Positions 1 through 12,778 of a stretch of DNA of 64,000 bases are shown here, one piece after another; the first letter of the stretch is position 1, and the number at the start of each line of letters is the position of its first letter. Origin of the DNA: Ostrea edulis. Its lineage: Eukaryota. Under the pieces are notes generated by a model. The model was not told the origin of the DNA, did no database searches, and saw only the letters and a program-made list of their open reading frames with translations. The position numbers and the translations under genes are program-made. Location: positions 78,616,001-78,680,000 of the forward strand of contig NC_079168.1 of the NCBI RefSeq assembly GCF_947568905.1, given 5' to 3'.

Positions 1-1223
1 TTTTATCCGTAGATTTAAAAAATATTAGCAAATAACGTTTTCAATTTTCATAAATATTTTTTTTATTCAAAAAAATTAGAATGTCTATCTGAGTCGCCTC
101 TAATGCATGTTTTCTGAGATATTTATATTATGCATCAAATCATAGTGAAATTTTGACTCTAGAGTATCTTATTTTGCAAACATAGTACCTTTTTTATCAT
201 TCCGGGATAAATCACAAAAAATCATATAAAATACTTGAGCTTGTATCACTTTTTCGATGGTGAATTTACTGAAATCCTACTTCACACGAGGTGTTTTAAC
301 GAGCCATTAAATGAAAAATTAGTGTAATTGGCTAATTGTTTGAGGTGTGTATATTTTTTAATCTTGAAATATATACTTACAGTGCAAGGAAGAAATTCAT
401 TTTTGTGTAATCCTTGATTTTCATATGCGCCCTTTTGAAATAAGCAAACACCATCGCCAATAAATACTGCGTAAAATAGAAGGGGAAAAAATTAAAAAGT
501 ATACAATGTAGAATTACTGTTAACAGATAAAATTTAAAATGTAGATGCTATAATAACCATGGCATAAACTAACAGAAATTCGACATTTGTAGAACATTAG
601 AATGTACCTTATCAGATATCCTCTTACAAATGTCTCTTTGCAGGAAGTCTTGAATAAAATCATCTTCTACAAAACATGAAATGCGATTGTAAGCTATGCC
701 CAAGTCTTAACTAATTTTATATAATTTAGACTTACTTTAAGAGTACCAAGAAAACAAAATTTAATTTCTTTTTTCACACGAGAGAGAGAGAGAGAGGGGG
801 GAGGGGGGGGGGTCCTGATCAATATTTTCAAGCTATGTCCAGTATATAAATATAAATACGCACGACCTAACCTTTCACAAATACCGGTATGATCAACTTT
901 TTATAAAAATATACAGTAGATCCAAAGACACTCAGACATACGTCTTATTTTGTGAGAACTCTATAGGTTTGGGGAACTTCGCTCACTGGTCCCTGTCCAA
1001 ACCCACTATCCATGTCAATCTCTATCCAGAGTTATCGTTCCCGCTACGCTCCACTATATACGTAGTTGTAGCGCAGCGTAATACGCCCTCGGGTGAGAGA
1101 TTGTATCCATGTAGGGGGACACACACCCCTCCCCCGGTTCTGAAATTTCTGGATCCTCCACTTTTATAACTTAAATTGGAACGGATTAGACCAGATATAC
1201 ACCTATGCATGTATTCTACTTGC

Positions 1224-1584
1224 CTAAGAGTCGAAAATAAGCACGCATTTCTGTTCTTTTTACAGCAAAATGGTGTCGAGTGGAAACGCGATGTTCAGTA
1301 TAAAATCCCGTCCCAGTAAACTTGCTGATTGGAAACCTTTCCTCGTGAATTGCTAGTCGTGGTCTCTTCACCTTGTACAGTTCATTCGATTCATCAAAGT
1401 CATCTTTATGGCAAAAATGATCCACAAAGGTAAGAAAGTCCTGTTGCATGTCGCGGCTCCTAACTACCTGAACTTTGCAGCTGTCAGTGTCATTGGTATC
1501 TTGACGCCCTGTCTTAGAAAATGATTGAGTTTTTGCACTGTATTCCCTCTTAGATGCCTTTCTGGTGGTCTTAAATGGAAACAT
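1224..1584 (-). CDS. Putative first coding exon (about 120 aa, MFPFKTTRKASKRE...RAYFRLL) of an uncharacterised gene running off the left edge
   Basis: Part of the 141-aa ORF 1216..1641, with ATG at 1584. It ends at AG|GCAAGT, a consensus GC-type donor (exon end 1224, phase 1), with a stop two codons later if unspliced. It lies next to a promoter-like segment. No family recognised. Confidence 0.5.
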
Positions 1585-1639
1585 GAGAATGGGACGGTAG
1601 TGTAAACGATTATTTTTTGTTAATCTACTGACAACACAC

Positions 1640-2110
1640 ACAAACAGCTGATTGGAAAATTAGTGTCGTCTGCTTGTTTTGATTGGCGCACAGGAGCAAT
1701 AGGACGATTTGTGACGTCATACTTTGAAAGTGAAAGTATGCAAAATAAAACATGTTGTGGCCTGTCGAATCAATGTAAAGACTTGTTGCAATTCAATTAA
1801 TGAATATAATACCTTTGCCGCTCTTGATAATTAATGCTTCATTGAGAACAATTTGAATGAGTTAAAGGAAAGAATTAAATTTTAAAGTTAAGTTCCCCAA
1901 AATTAAACCGGAAATTCGCACATGTTGGTTCTTCAATTAGTTTTGAAATGCCTAAAATTCAAACCCGGAACAGACCACGATTAACGTTAGCATTCGATCC
2001 AGGTTCCTTCAGATAATATTCACACCAGCTTATGGTAAACATGTCAGATCTGACAATCGACGCGATGACATAACTGCGATAACAATCACACAGTGCCACT
2101 TCATTCTGAC
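1640..2110. promoter_or_regulatory. Candidate bidirectional promoter between the divergent genes
   Basis: Two reverse CCAAT boxes (GATTGG near 1650 and 1681), a perfect CRE TGACGTCA at 1712-1719, ETS-like CCGGAA near 1908 and 1965, and CpG retention relative to the neighbouring introns. Confidence 0.5.
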
Positions 2111-2237
2111 ATTGTATTTGCAAGAAAATCTTCGTTTCTCAGTGAATATTAAATATGGCCATGATTGTGTAGGAATGGTATTATGGAATGGCAACGCTGT
2201 ATCCACGACCCAGGATAAAGGTAGATGGTTTGGGAGA

Positions 2238-5200
2238 ATGATGTTGGCAATTTTCAGTCATATCTTTCTACTCGGTAGTATACAATGCTTGAATGTGAAA
2301 CCACAGAGAGAAGTTTATGCACCTAATTACAGATTTTATCATAACTTGACTCAAATTGATACAGAAGTTAAACTTCTGTCGAACTTTCCAGATTATGTGA
2401 AGGTGTACAGACATTTCATTTCCAGACAGGGTAGACCCATGTACCTTTTGCACATATCAAACTTTTCTGACTCAGAACACAAGAGCTTTAAAGACTCCCA
2501 TAGCCCAAGATACAAACCCCAGTTACTCTTCTCCTATGGAGAACATGCAAGAGAGTTCCTTCCAGTTGAGAGTGCAATATATTTTATAAAAAACCTAACA
2601 GGTGGTCTGCATTCGTCTGCAGATGTGTTTTCTAGAAAGTTTACCCAAAGAATACTGTTGCATTCAGATCTGTACATTATATTAATGGCTAACCCAGATG
2701 GACGACATTTTGTGGAACAAACTCAGAATTACTGCTGGCGAGGTACCAGTACAGGAGTGGACCTTGACCGAAACTTTGGGTGGGAGTTTGGTGGCAAAGG
2801 AAGTTCAAGTGACCCTAATGATGAAGAATACCGAGGAGAGGAAGCATTCTCAGGTGATTAAAGCCAGGAAACTTTAATGTATCTCCATGAAGGTGATGTT
2901 AGTGTTTCAGGTTATTTTGACTGTTTGTTAGCAGAATTATTACAATAAGTCATGCACAAAATTTTTACAAAAAAAGAGTCTGATAGCTTACTTTTCAAAT
3001 TAACCAGTATTGACCGGTTGGCATAAAAGTGGTCAATATGAGTATTGACCGGGCTGGTGGTCAATACTGGTTAAAACCGGTCAATACTAATCGATTGAAA
3101 ATTATTTGGTCATTATAGTCTGTTATTTATTTTAAATGTTTAAGTGACCATTATAGTAAATACTGTAATTCATAACATGCACTATCAGTTTATAATATAC
3201 TTGTAAGTCATAATATTAAATAAATAATGTACAAATGACTGTTGAATTGGGGAAGATGTAAAAGTTCCTGTTCAAATTCCTTAGTTTAACAAGAACTACC
3301 TATAAGTATTGTTTCATCAATCTTCATTTTAACTGTTGAATAAACATTTGAGGGGGTGGATGGGTGATGTTTTCATAACAATAACAGGCACACTGGTCAT
3401 CTCTGGTCCCAGCCTATGCTTATTAACACCTGTCAACTCTGCTACCTGTGCTCAGGTAATGTCCAGCTACCTTTTATTCTTAATCTGTCCAGGTACATGT
3501 ATTAAGAGGTCAGCTGTCTCCAATCGTCAAGCTATGCTATAGAACTGTGACCCTCTGGTAGGTACTGAAGATATTTCGGTCAGTTTCAGCCAACCAAATA
3601 CATGTATATGAAACTTATGAAATTACATTTCATTATCTAATGAAAAATATTAATCAACAATTGATCCATATAATGAAAAGACTTAATTTATCTTTATCTT
3701 TGCAAGAAATATACAAAAATAGGAAAATGGACAGTTTAAATCACAATTGACCACTTGGGGAGTATTGACCGGGACAGTTAAAACCACTGGTTAAAACCGG
3801 GGGCGGTTTTAACTGCCCAACCCTGGTACCAACACAACAATTATTATATCAAATACATGTAGTAAATTTTGAATTCAAAGTCCTATGGATCACATCCAGA
3901 TATGAACATTGCTGCTGATATTGCTTAAGAGTTAGGATTTTATGAGCCATCTCTTAACTCCAGATTTGTATTTCAGAGCCAGAGAGTAAAGTATTCCAGG
4001 ACATTTCTGCAGACATCGCATTTGATGCTTTCTTTTCTTTTCACTCAGGAATCAATCATATTTACATTCCATATTCAGGTTCGAAATTGTTTTTATCAAT
4101 TAATCTACTACTCTGTAGGAAGCACTCTTAGATTAAATGACTGTTCAATCCCAATATGTTTAGCATGTAAAACAGATTTTGTGGTATGTTTTGATTTTTT
4201 CAGATACAAAATCGCTGCAGCTAAAAAGAGAACCTGACAATGTCCAGGAGATGCTAAGTTTGGCCTCACGTTTGTCCCGCTGCAGTCGGTACAATTACCG
4301 ATACGGGACCTCCCATCACCTCATCAATTATACTGCAGATGGAACAATATTTGACTACATGGCAGGAATCAAAAAGGTTTTAAGTAAACTAAGACTGCCT
4401 CGATCTGTATAATAATGCATTGCTGTGCTTTTACTTAAGGAATGAAATTTAATTTAATTTAGTAAACCGCCTTTTATATTATTTGATGGATAATTCTAAA
4501 GAAAATATCAATTTTGTATGATGCGGACCAATATCGCAATAACAGCAAAATGGTAACTGAACGGCCAAACATATTGTGACATCATTCTTATAACGTCATA
4601 TAGCGGGACTAAAGGGCAACTTTGTTTATACGATATAAAGAATGTTGATAAAGTGAAATAAACCAATCAAATTGCATGTAACAAGTAAAATTAAATTATA
4701 TGTGAGTAAAGGCTACATGTACATATAGTCTTTTCAATGCAAAAGAAAAATCCGAATGTTTAATGTCAAGTAAAACATTCACCTATGTATTGGTTTTATG
4801 TGACATGTATGTTGCACTTTGTTTGACTATAATGTCAAGATACGACATCAGGCTTTGCTTACTCATATGGAAAACCAATGATTTCAACAAAATAGCCTTG
4901 GTACATGGGCGTACATATAAAAACCAAATTTGCATGAGAAGAAACAGTTTTCCACCCAATATTGTTATTGCTGCACAAATGTCAACATTTCATTTAGTGA
5001 GTAAATGATTATTAAAATTCATGTTTGATGATCAAGAAAATACTCAGACCTGCATTGTTTACTGAAACATGTGAACAAAGTCATGAACATTAGAGTTTAT
5101 GTATAACATTAGAATTTATGTATAACATTAGAATTTATGTATAACATTAGAATTTATGTAAAATTTATGCATAACATTAGAATTTATGTATAACATTAGA

Positions 5201-8200
5201 GTTTATGTATAACATTAGAATTTATGTATAACATTAGAATTTATGTATAACATTAGAATTTATGTAGAATTTATGTATAACATTAGAATTTATGTAGAAT
5301 TTATGTATAACATTAGAATTTATGTATAACATTAGAATTTATGTACATGTATAATGGTTGAGAAAAAGGCTTAAACCGTTATCCTTTATCATTACTTAAC
5401 AAATGAAAGAGCAAGGACTTGTATGGGATTTGTGCAGCAATAACACTGAAATAGATGTTATTCGACCTTGCCTTGTGTAAATATTGCCAAAAATTTCCAA
5501 ATGCATGCCCTTGAATTAAATAAATTCGATGTGAATTTGATATCCACAAACTGTGACATCATCATAATTATGATGTGATGTGGATTTTTTCAATTAAGCA
5601 TCTTAACACTGTTTCTCTTCAGATGACCTGAGTGTGAATATTTACTAAAATTAAAACTGCCTGACCTTAAGTTACATTCATATATGGAAAATAGTCTACT
5701 CAAATTTGATAATTAATAGAGAAATTTTTGATGAATTTGTGATCATTACTTTTATTTTGCACAATGAATATTGGTACTTATTTGATTTTTACAATTACTC
5801 AGATACCCTTCTCCTTTACTATTGAGCTGTGGGGAAAACAGCACCACCGCCCCAGCTGTTTTGACTTGTTTAATCCAGAAAATAGAAAACTCAAGGTATG
5901 TAAAACTTAGTCACATGTAAAGTTCTCAGTAGTTTTTGTGCATGGTGCAATTTGACTAGCAATACTTTCATTTGATATTGTGAGAGTCATTGTCTACATT
6001 TGTCATGTGTTGATAATGAAACTATTTTAAGGTATCATATGTCATCTAATCCTAGTCGTATATATATATATTGTATACTGAAAAAATGGTTAAAAATGTA
6101 TCTGTTGTTGAACGTAGAATAAAATGAATGCTTTAAAACTTGATTTTTCTTTTATATAGATGATTTAATAACATTAGAATTTTATTCAGGAGGTTGTTAA
6201 ATCCCTACATCCACTTTACATCAACATTATTATGTACCTCTCAGAATGGAAATCCAGAAATCACCAGGATTTGACCAATCCTAACGTAAGTCTGATCAAA
6301 TGTGTTCATCTGATATAATTCAACAACAAAGAGGAATGTGCAGAATTTTTCTGCATAAACAAAACACTCTCATCTGGTCTTCTGCTTCCCACACAGTCTG
6401 TTAGAGCGAGTTGGACTGAAAGCATTTGGCGTGCAAAGATGGCTATGTAGTGTCTTTGTTTCATTTATAAGTTTACTGCAGTATTGTTTGAATATCAGTG
6501 TTGGAAATTTAGCACTTAGCATAAGATTACTGTTTTTATTATACCTCATATAAAGAATCACTAGTAAAACAGAATCTGATTGGCAGAGAAAGTCACGTGA
6601 CCGTCGTGTTTGCCCTGCAACAAAACGTCGTGTTCCACCCCTTCGGATATCTCGTTTCAATTTCTTGTCCAGTTAAATGAACAAACCCGAGTGTTCCGAA
6701 TGACGCAGACAACAACAAACACGCAGCCTCGTGCATATCCATAAATTTAACGCCAAGGTAAACGAAGTTTATTGTGATGTCACAATAAGTCCGAGTCATT
6801 GTACTTTGATAGTTCGTAAGGCACAAAATATGTGGGTCTCTGATATACAATTAAATTGCTTGGTTTTGGTTGATAGAAAAAATAAGGAAGTAAATCAGCA
6901 TTCATGGAGAATGCATGGAAATACAAAAACTGATTATCATATCACGACACTGTATTTCATTGTTTGTACCTTCTAATACGTGGACGGCGCGGTGTTACTG
7001 TTAAGGTAATTTCAGCAACATACAATGTATAAATGAGCGGACTCCAATTTCAAATACATTTTTGTAGTCTTGCTTTGTTTCGGTATAATAAACAATTTAT
7101 TGCATGATAGTAAGGGAGATATGAATATTTATTCACCCAAGAAAAATCATATTCCCCTCGGGCATTGCCCTCGGGAAATATGATTTTTCTTGGGTGAATA
7201 AATATTCCTATCTCCATCACCCTCACTATCATGCAATAAATGTGTAATGTTAACCATTGTATCAAGCACTACGATGCATGTGCTAGCACTTGATAGGAGT
7301 GTATAATTACAGTATTAGGTAAGAATTTTTAAACTGACAAGCACTGATCTTGTTTTAAAATATTTGTGAGTTTCAAAACGAATACAATATACACTGTAGC
7401 TTGAGCCGAAAACTATAAACTGTGCAGCAGTATAATTGATGCATCCTCAACGATACCGCCAATTTAATGAACTCCACTTGTAGGTTACGACCTAACAATA
7501 TAATCAAAATTATATCCTTGATCTGCTCCCCTACTATTGCTACCCAAAGGATCTAATAACTTCGAGTTAAAGGTCACCTCAACATGACCTTAGATGTTAT
7601 CCAATCGGAGTGTTGCCTTGTAAATTTTTGGTGTAATTTAGTGCCATCAGAACTACTTAATATCATTTTTGAAGCGTTCTGAGAAATCGGTTCTGCATGG
7701 ATAAAATCTATGGTCATACTGAGGTGACCCTTAATTAACATGAAGTTGTTAGATCCATTGTGTAGCAATCGAAGACTAGACGAGCGGATTAAAGGATCTA
7801 ATTTTAATTCGATCGCGGCCTGACTTAATGTGAAGATGATAACTCTATTCTAAAACAATTGACCACAGCACCATCCAGTGTCCTTGCTGCATTACACAAC
7901 TATAAATTTTCTTCTGCAGCCCTAAATCACCTGTGTTGTTGATTGAATATTTACAGTCTGACTAAATAAACAAACAGGTAAAACAAGAAAACATAAGGCA
8001 GATATCATTACTTTCAAATTATTGCAAAAAATTATTTTTGCCACTTATTAATTTCTTTCCACCACTTTTTAAAAAAAAAATTGGCCATTGGCAAAAATGG
8101 CAAAGCCCAGCTTGAGCACTGATTGACACCGATTGGAATTTCTGCGCAATATTGTGAACCCAATTTGTGTGTTCCAAAGTCTTTGTATCATCTGGGTCTG

Positions 8201-9817
8201 CGTATCATCTGAGTATGACCAAGACAACTCGGATAAGTATTGTTGTACATGGGCCTCTAGTCTTGCATGCAGCCCATCCATCACTAGTGCTTGACCACAT
8301 TTTGTTAGGGATCACTATATAGAGATATTTAGTTTATCTTTCAGACAGAAATTTCTTTTCTAATGCTGGGCAACATGTTCTTAGCGACCATTATAAAGAG
8401 ATATTTGTCATTAAGACAGAATGTCCATCTCTAGTACTGGGCCATCATCAAAAACCCATGGCTGACCTCGTCCTCTACTCATCGTTGACTACCCACGGCT
8501 TATCTCGTCTTCTACTCATCGACAAGATCAGCCATAGGTATTCGACGATGGTACTGGACTACATGTCAGAATTACTAAAAAGAGGTATTTATCATTCAGA
8601 CAGAACGTCCATCTCTAGTACTGGGCTACATGTTAGAGATCCCTATAGAGATATTTATTTTTTAGTCAGAACGTCTGTCTCGCAGCAGGATTAAGGTGTC
8701 CCAAGTAAAGTTAAAACAAACATCATAAAATGTACCTCGATGCATTTCATACTATATGACGTCACAATATAAAAGTACGTCACGACATACAGGTGTATAG
8801 TTGTATCGCGGGGAAAATGTCATAATATTTTCTCGCTATTTATTGCCGTTATCTAGTGTTCAAGCTGTATGTGTTTAAATCTGTTTGCCAGATGATTTTT
8901 TCCCCCCAGTTTTCTTCGATAATATATGTCTCATATTTTTGTATATAGTATGTGCACGGAAGACTGTAAAGTAATCTTTACATCACTGTGTGACCTTGAT
9001 ATCGCCCCCGATGTGTATAGTCATTTGGAATTTAAAAGAAAACCAACACATATACATATCAACTCGGTACAAGTGAAAGATGACGATATTTTATTTCGAT
9101 TAAGGCATATTCAGAAAGGTAACTAGTTGCAGATTTAGGATTTTGATACAGAAGGTACAATATTTTGCCTCGTTTAGATACGATTTGGATGTGAATGTGG
9201 AAAATGTCCAACATTTGAGTTGAGATTATGGAAATTGCTATATTTGAGAGGATATTGTACCGATCTGTATGACTCTTTAAATTTACCATATCATTGTCGA
9301 CATATCAAGCCCAAACTGCAAATGATTTGAGTGCATCTTTCACCTGTACCGAGGTGATAAACAACTAAAAATCTAGTGGATAAAAATAGCTCTACGTCAC
9401 TTGTATGACGACGTAATAGTTAAGCAAAGGATTTCCCCACGTGATACGATGTTTGTTTATTTATGTATTGACTAACGATTTTTACTAAAAATATATGCGA
9501 CACTTGAAAGAATTTTACTTTTATATGAATATGCTGTTATTACTTGTTATTTTACTCGGGACACCTTAACCCCGCTGTGTCTCTAATACTGGGCTACATT
9601 ATCCATATTGTTAGGGAATCACCATATAAAGATATTTATCTTTCAGGCAGAACATCCGTCTCTAGTACTGGGCTACATGTTGTTAGGGATCACCATTGCT
9701 GTCTCCTTAATGGTGTGCCTTCACAGGAAATGGAGAAACTGTCCACAGCTTTACCATCATCATAGAATAGTTTCCCTGAAAACCCTGAGTTCATCATTCT
9801 CTGCAAAGAATTTGTGA
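2238..9817 (+). CDS. M14-family zinc carboxypeptidase, predicted type I membrane protein
   Basis: Phase-consistent GT-AG exons: 2238-2853, 3977-4078, 4204-4376, 5803-5895, 6190-6285, 9647-9817. Motifs: signal peptide MMLAIFSHIFLLGSIQC, GEHARE (HxxE), NPDG, WRGT, GVDLDRNF, FSFHSG (third Zn ligand), NYTADG (Tyr248 equivalent), FTIELW (Glu270 equivalent). The last exon encodes LVLGYMLLGITIAVSLMVCL followed by HRKWR. An alternative upstream ATG is at 2175. The terminal exon is less certain than exons 1-5. Confidence 0.9.
5085..5345. repeat. 19-bp minisatellite (AACATTAGAATTTATGTAT)n, about 13 units
   Basis: Direct tandem repeat visible in intron 3 of the carboxypeptidase, with a few truncated units. 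Confidence 0.95.
7123..7207. repeat. 85-bp near-perfect palindrome, probably part of a non-autonomous DNA element
   Basis: GAATATTTATTCACCCAAGAAAAATCATATT...AATATGATTTTTCTTGGGTGAATAAATATTC arms around a short CCCTCGGG-containing centre. Confidence 0.8.
7567..7734. mobile_element. Kolobok-type MITE (TTAA-flanked, about 19-bp TIR)
   Basis: TTAA-AGGTCACCTCAACATGACC ... GGTCATACTGAGGTGACCC-TTAA. TTAA flanks with purine-purine termini fit Kolobok rather than piggyBac. Confidence 0.65.
8290..8685 (+). repeat. Degenerate about 70-bp tandem copies of the intron5/exon6 junction of the carboxypeptidase
   Basis: Repeated GATATTTATCTTTCAG|RCAGAACRTCCRTCTCTAGTACTGGGCTACATGTT with AG at 8343-44, 8414-15, 8598-99 and 8664-65. 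A further partial copy at 9575-9646 leads into the real exon. Confidence 0.8.
8691..9569. mobile_element. Non-autonomous Kolobok-type DNA transposon (about 880 bp)
   Basis: TTAA-GGTGTCCCAAGTAAA ... TTTACTCGGGACACC-TTAA terminal inverted repeats with TTAA duplication. No coding capacity seen. Confidence 0.75.
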
Positions 9818-10018
9818 TTTTATGATGTAATGTTATTCAGTTTTCACTGTTTTTCAGGGAGGTAACTCTTCCATATCCACAAATCCCTACAATAACAAGA
9901 ACCCTCACATTGTGTTTAAGGAGGTACTCTACATCTTCATAATGGCTGACTTTCTTTTAAAACATGGATGAAAATATTTATATCAGCAACATTTGTCTAT
10001 TCATTTAAAAAAAACATT

Positions 10019-10260
10019 GCCCAGCTGAGTAGCTCAGTAGGTTAGCACATCGACTACTGAACTGTAGATCGCAGGTTCCAGTCCAGCAGGGGTTTTAAAT
10101 TTTTTTCAGATTGCTTTACTACTAAAACTGCATTTTTTGACTAGATAGAGTTAATTTGAAAGTTTTCAATTTCAAAATATTGTTGCACAAATCCTCCACA
10201 TTTATGTAAATTTTATGGTTTTTATCTGACTACGATGATGAGTCTTGATAAGTCACTATT
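10019..10260 (+). mobile_element. tRNA-derived SINE-like repeat
   Basis: A-box-like GTAGCTCAGTAGG and degenerate B-box GGTTCCAGTCC followed by a non-tRNA AT-rich tail. No intact cloverleaf. Confidence 0.5.
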
Positions 10261-10599
10261 CGCTATTCAGTATCTTGGCTGTTTAAGGGTTGTCACTCCT
10301 CAAACTTTTGATACAGTTCGGACATGCCTTCTAGAAAATAAACACAATATTTTGAATAGTATAGCTACATTCAGTGACCATAACTTAACTTAATACCATT
10401 TCAAACCAAAAAACTGGAATACAATGCTATGTTTCATAGCAGAAGGTTGTTTTAAAAGAAAAACCTCAAAGTCTGCTTTAAACATGAAAATTGCTTTTAT
10501 TTTTAAACTGATAGCACACAATCAAGCGAGTCACTGTCGTCATATTAGTGACACAGTATTATATTTGATTGAAGTATTGATTTATACTAGCAAATATCA

Positions 10600-10910
10600 T
10601 TAGTCCCCTACTGGCAGAGACAAAGGGGACTGTTAGTTTGCACTCTGTCCGTCCAACCGTCTGTCACAACTTAGTTTTCGGGATCTCTATTCATTATGCT
10701 TTGATTTAGGAAGCTGAAATTTGACATGTGGTTTACTACTGTATGTTTACAGATCAGCTTAGGGTTCTTCACCATTGAGTGATTTTTACAAGATTTATGG
10801 GACTTTGTGCCAAGTAAGTGTTTTTCTGACTCCTCCACTATGCTTTAACTTAGGAATTTGAAATTTGATATGTGGTTATCAAATGAGTAGATACATATTA
10901 GGTTTTATTT
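10600..10910 (+). mobile_element. HINE/pearl-like non-autonomous element, 5' part
   Basis: 5' hairpin AGTCCCCT...AGGGGACT followed by a (CTGTCC/GTCC) microsatellite, as in other HINE-type copies in this window. Confidence 0.5.
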
Positions 10911-12664
10911 CCGTTACAGCTGAATTAATTAATAATTATTCTAACAAAAATTGTAAAATTTAGTCTCATGGTTGGCTGAATTAATTCTTGCACTCTGCCT
11001 AGTTCTCTGTATTTTTTCATGAAGACATTTATAATCCACTTAATCTGATTCGCCGCTTCCTTATGACAAGAGGTCAAAATTACGATGTTTTTCTGGTATT
11101 AAAATATCATATCTGATCCAAAAATATCCAAATATAGATTTTTTAATTTTTGTTTAAACACATGAGATCTAGACATCATGTGCCAACAGCAATGCAGGTA
11201 GAAAGTTGTGAATTTTGAAGATGCTAGGTAGAAATCAAAATGCTGATCTTTATATGCTTCATTGTACAGCGTACAATGTACTGGAAGATGACCCAGTGTG
11301 GTTGTTCCTAACAATAGAACTCGAGGATTATGATATGAATGAAGAGTTGTTTATACATGTACGATGATAGAGACATCTTTGTTTGCCGATGATTCCTGAC
11401 ATGTTTTGATTATGAAAATCAAAGGAAGTGCAAAAGGTGATACAATTGAAATTTCAAGGGGACCGCACACAGAATATTATGCAAATAACTTGACTTGGGA
11501 CATGTGTTGCTATGAAATCAATCTGATTAAAATACAGGTCTCTCAAATAGCACTGTGCACTATTTATATGAATTGTATCAGATTGTATGAAATACTTATA
11601 GAATACTTGTTTTAAAATAATTTCAGTTTATATTTAAACATTAAATTTCAGCACAAAATAAACAATTCTATCCAAAAATAACATCTTTGATACCAGTTTA
11701 AAATGTAGGCTATTTCAAAACTAAAAATTGCATTTTGGAAAAAAAATGTTATTCTTTAAAATTAGTGCAAACAGGTCAAAAGACTATAAGATATTGATAA
11801 ATTTTCAGAATTGAATGTACATACTGGGCAGAGAAGAGCTACATGTACCTAATTTTCATGCAGTTCGTTAATTAGCATTACTTATTTTACATTACTTTTA
11901 TGAAGACTGTTAAAATTTAAGTGCAAAAAAGGTGAAAATAAATCAATATCTCAACCTCACTAGTAAGCACACTGTCTTCCCATTTTTAGTTTGTATTTAC
12001 TGTATTGATGTCAGAAATATACTTTGCACAAGAATTACAATGAGGAGTGACCTCCCCTTTAACCGGCCCAAGTCTCATACACAAGAACAGCACATAACAG
12101 GTTTTTTTTTTAAACAAAAGTGTTTGAGAAACAATATTCTGTACTGATGTATATCAATTTACAATTGGACTACATATACAATTGTATATATATTTATTAC
12201 ATGGAAGTCAAGACATACAAAAACATGATGATTATACACATAAAGTGACAATTTCCTGTGAAAGGACCCAAATACATTGTTACCATGATTACTTCCTTTT
12301 TTGAATGTTTTGTATAGACCGGTATACTCACTGGGTTTTTTTTTCTTCTCTCGTTTTTTATATACAAGTATACACTTTTGCAACATTTTTAATGTAATAT
12401 TTACATGTACTAAAATACAAGGATCATTTCTTATTATTGAAGTCTTGAAACATTTCTCAAAACAAAAAAAAAACAAAAAAAACCTCACTTTCTCTGCCAT
12501 ATCAAGTATTTGACACTTTCAACAAAGTAAAAATATATCTAGTGTGTGTTGAAAAGATACTTGACTGTAGGAAAGTCTCTTGGATTTCCATGCATGAGTG
12601 GGTAGAAAACTTCTGACAGGAATTGATTAGGGTTGGTATGTTTGTTAAAGGGAAAATATCTCAG

Positions 12665-12778
12665 TCACACTCCATTGATACCCATGGGGAGACTTTCTGT
12701 GAGCTGGCTATACCTTCGTCTATAGATTTCCGAAGATTGCTTGATAGTTCGACCAGTAACTAGTGACACAAATTGAAT
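12665..12778 (-). CDS. Possible terminal coding exon (IQFVSLVTGRTIKQSSEIYRRRYSQLTESLPMGINGV*) of an unidentified gene
   Basis: Acceptor CTTGTTCACAG, 37 open codons to TGA, non-repetitive sequence followed by AT-rich UTR-like DNA. No upstream exons could be linked. Confidence 0.35.
   Translation of the reverse strand: MQFVSLVTGRTIKQSSEIYRRRYSQLTESLPMGINGV

Noticed and set aside
6580-7010. Internal promoter or alternative first exon in carboxypeptidase intron 5 (GATTGG, GTCACGTGAC, CpG-rich, AAG|GTAAAC)
   Set aside because: No ATG-initiated frame reaches the donor, and the segment adjoins a TE-like palindrome at 7123-7207, so CpG richness is as easily explained by an insertion.
10019-10100. 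tRNA genes (also at 32093 and 53113/53340)
   Set aside because: A/B-box-like motifs are present, but acceptor stems and anticodon arms are not intact and each continues into a repeat body. They are treated as SINE or LTR heads.
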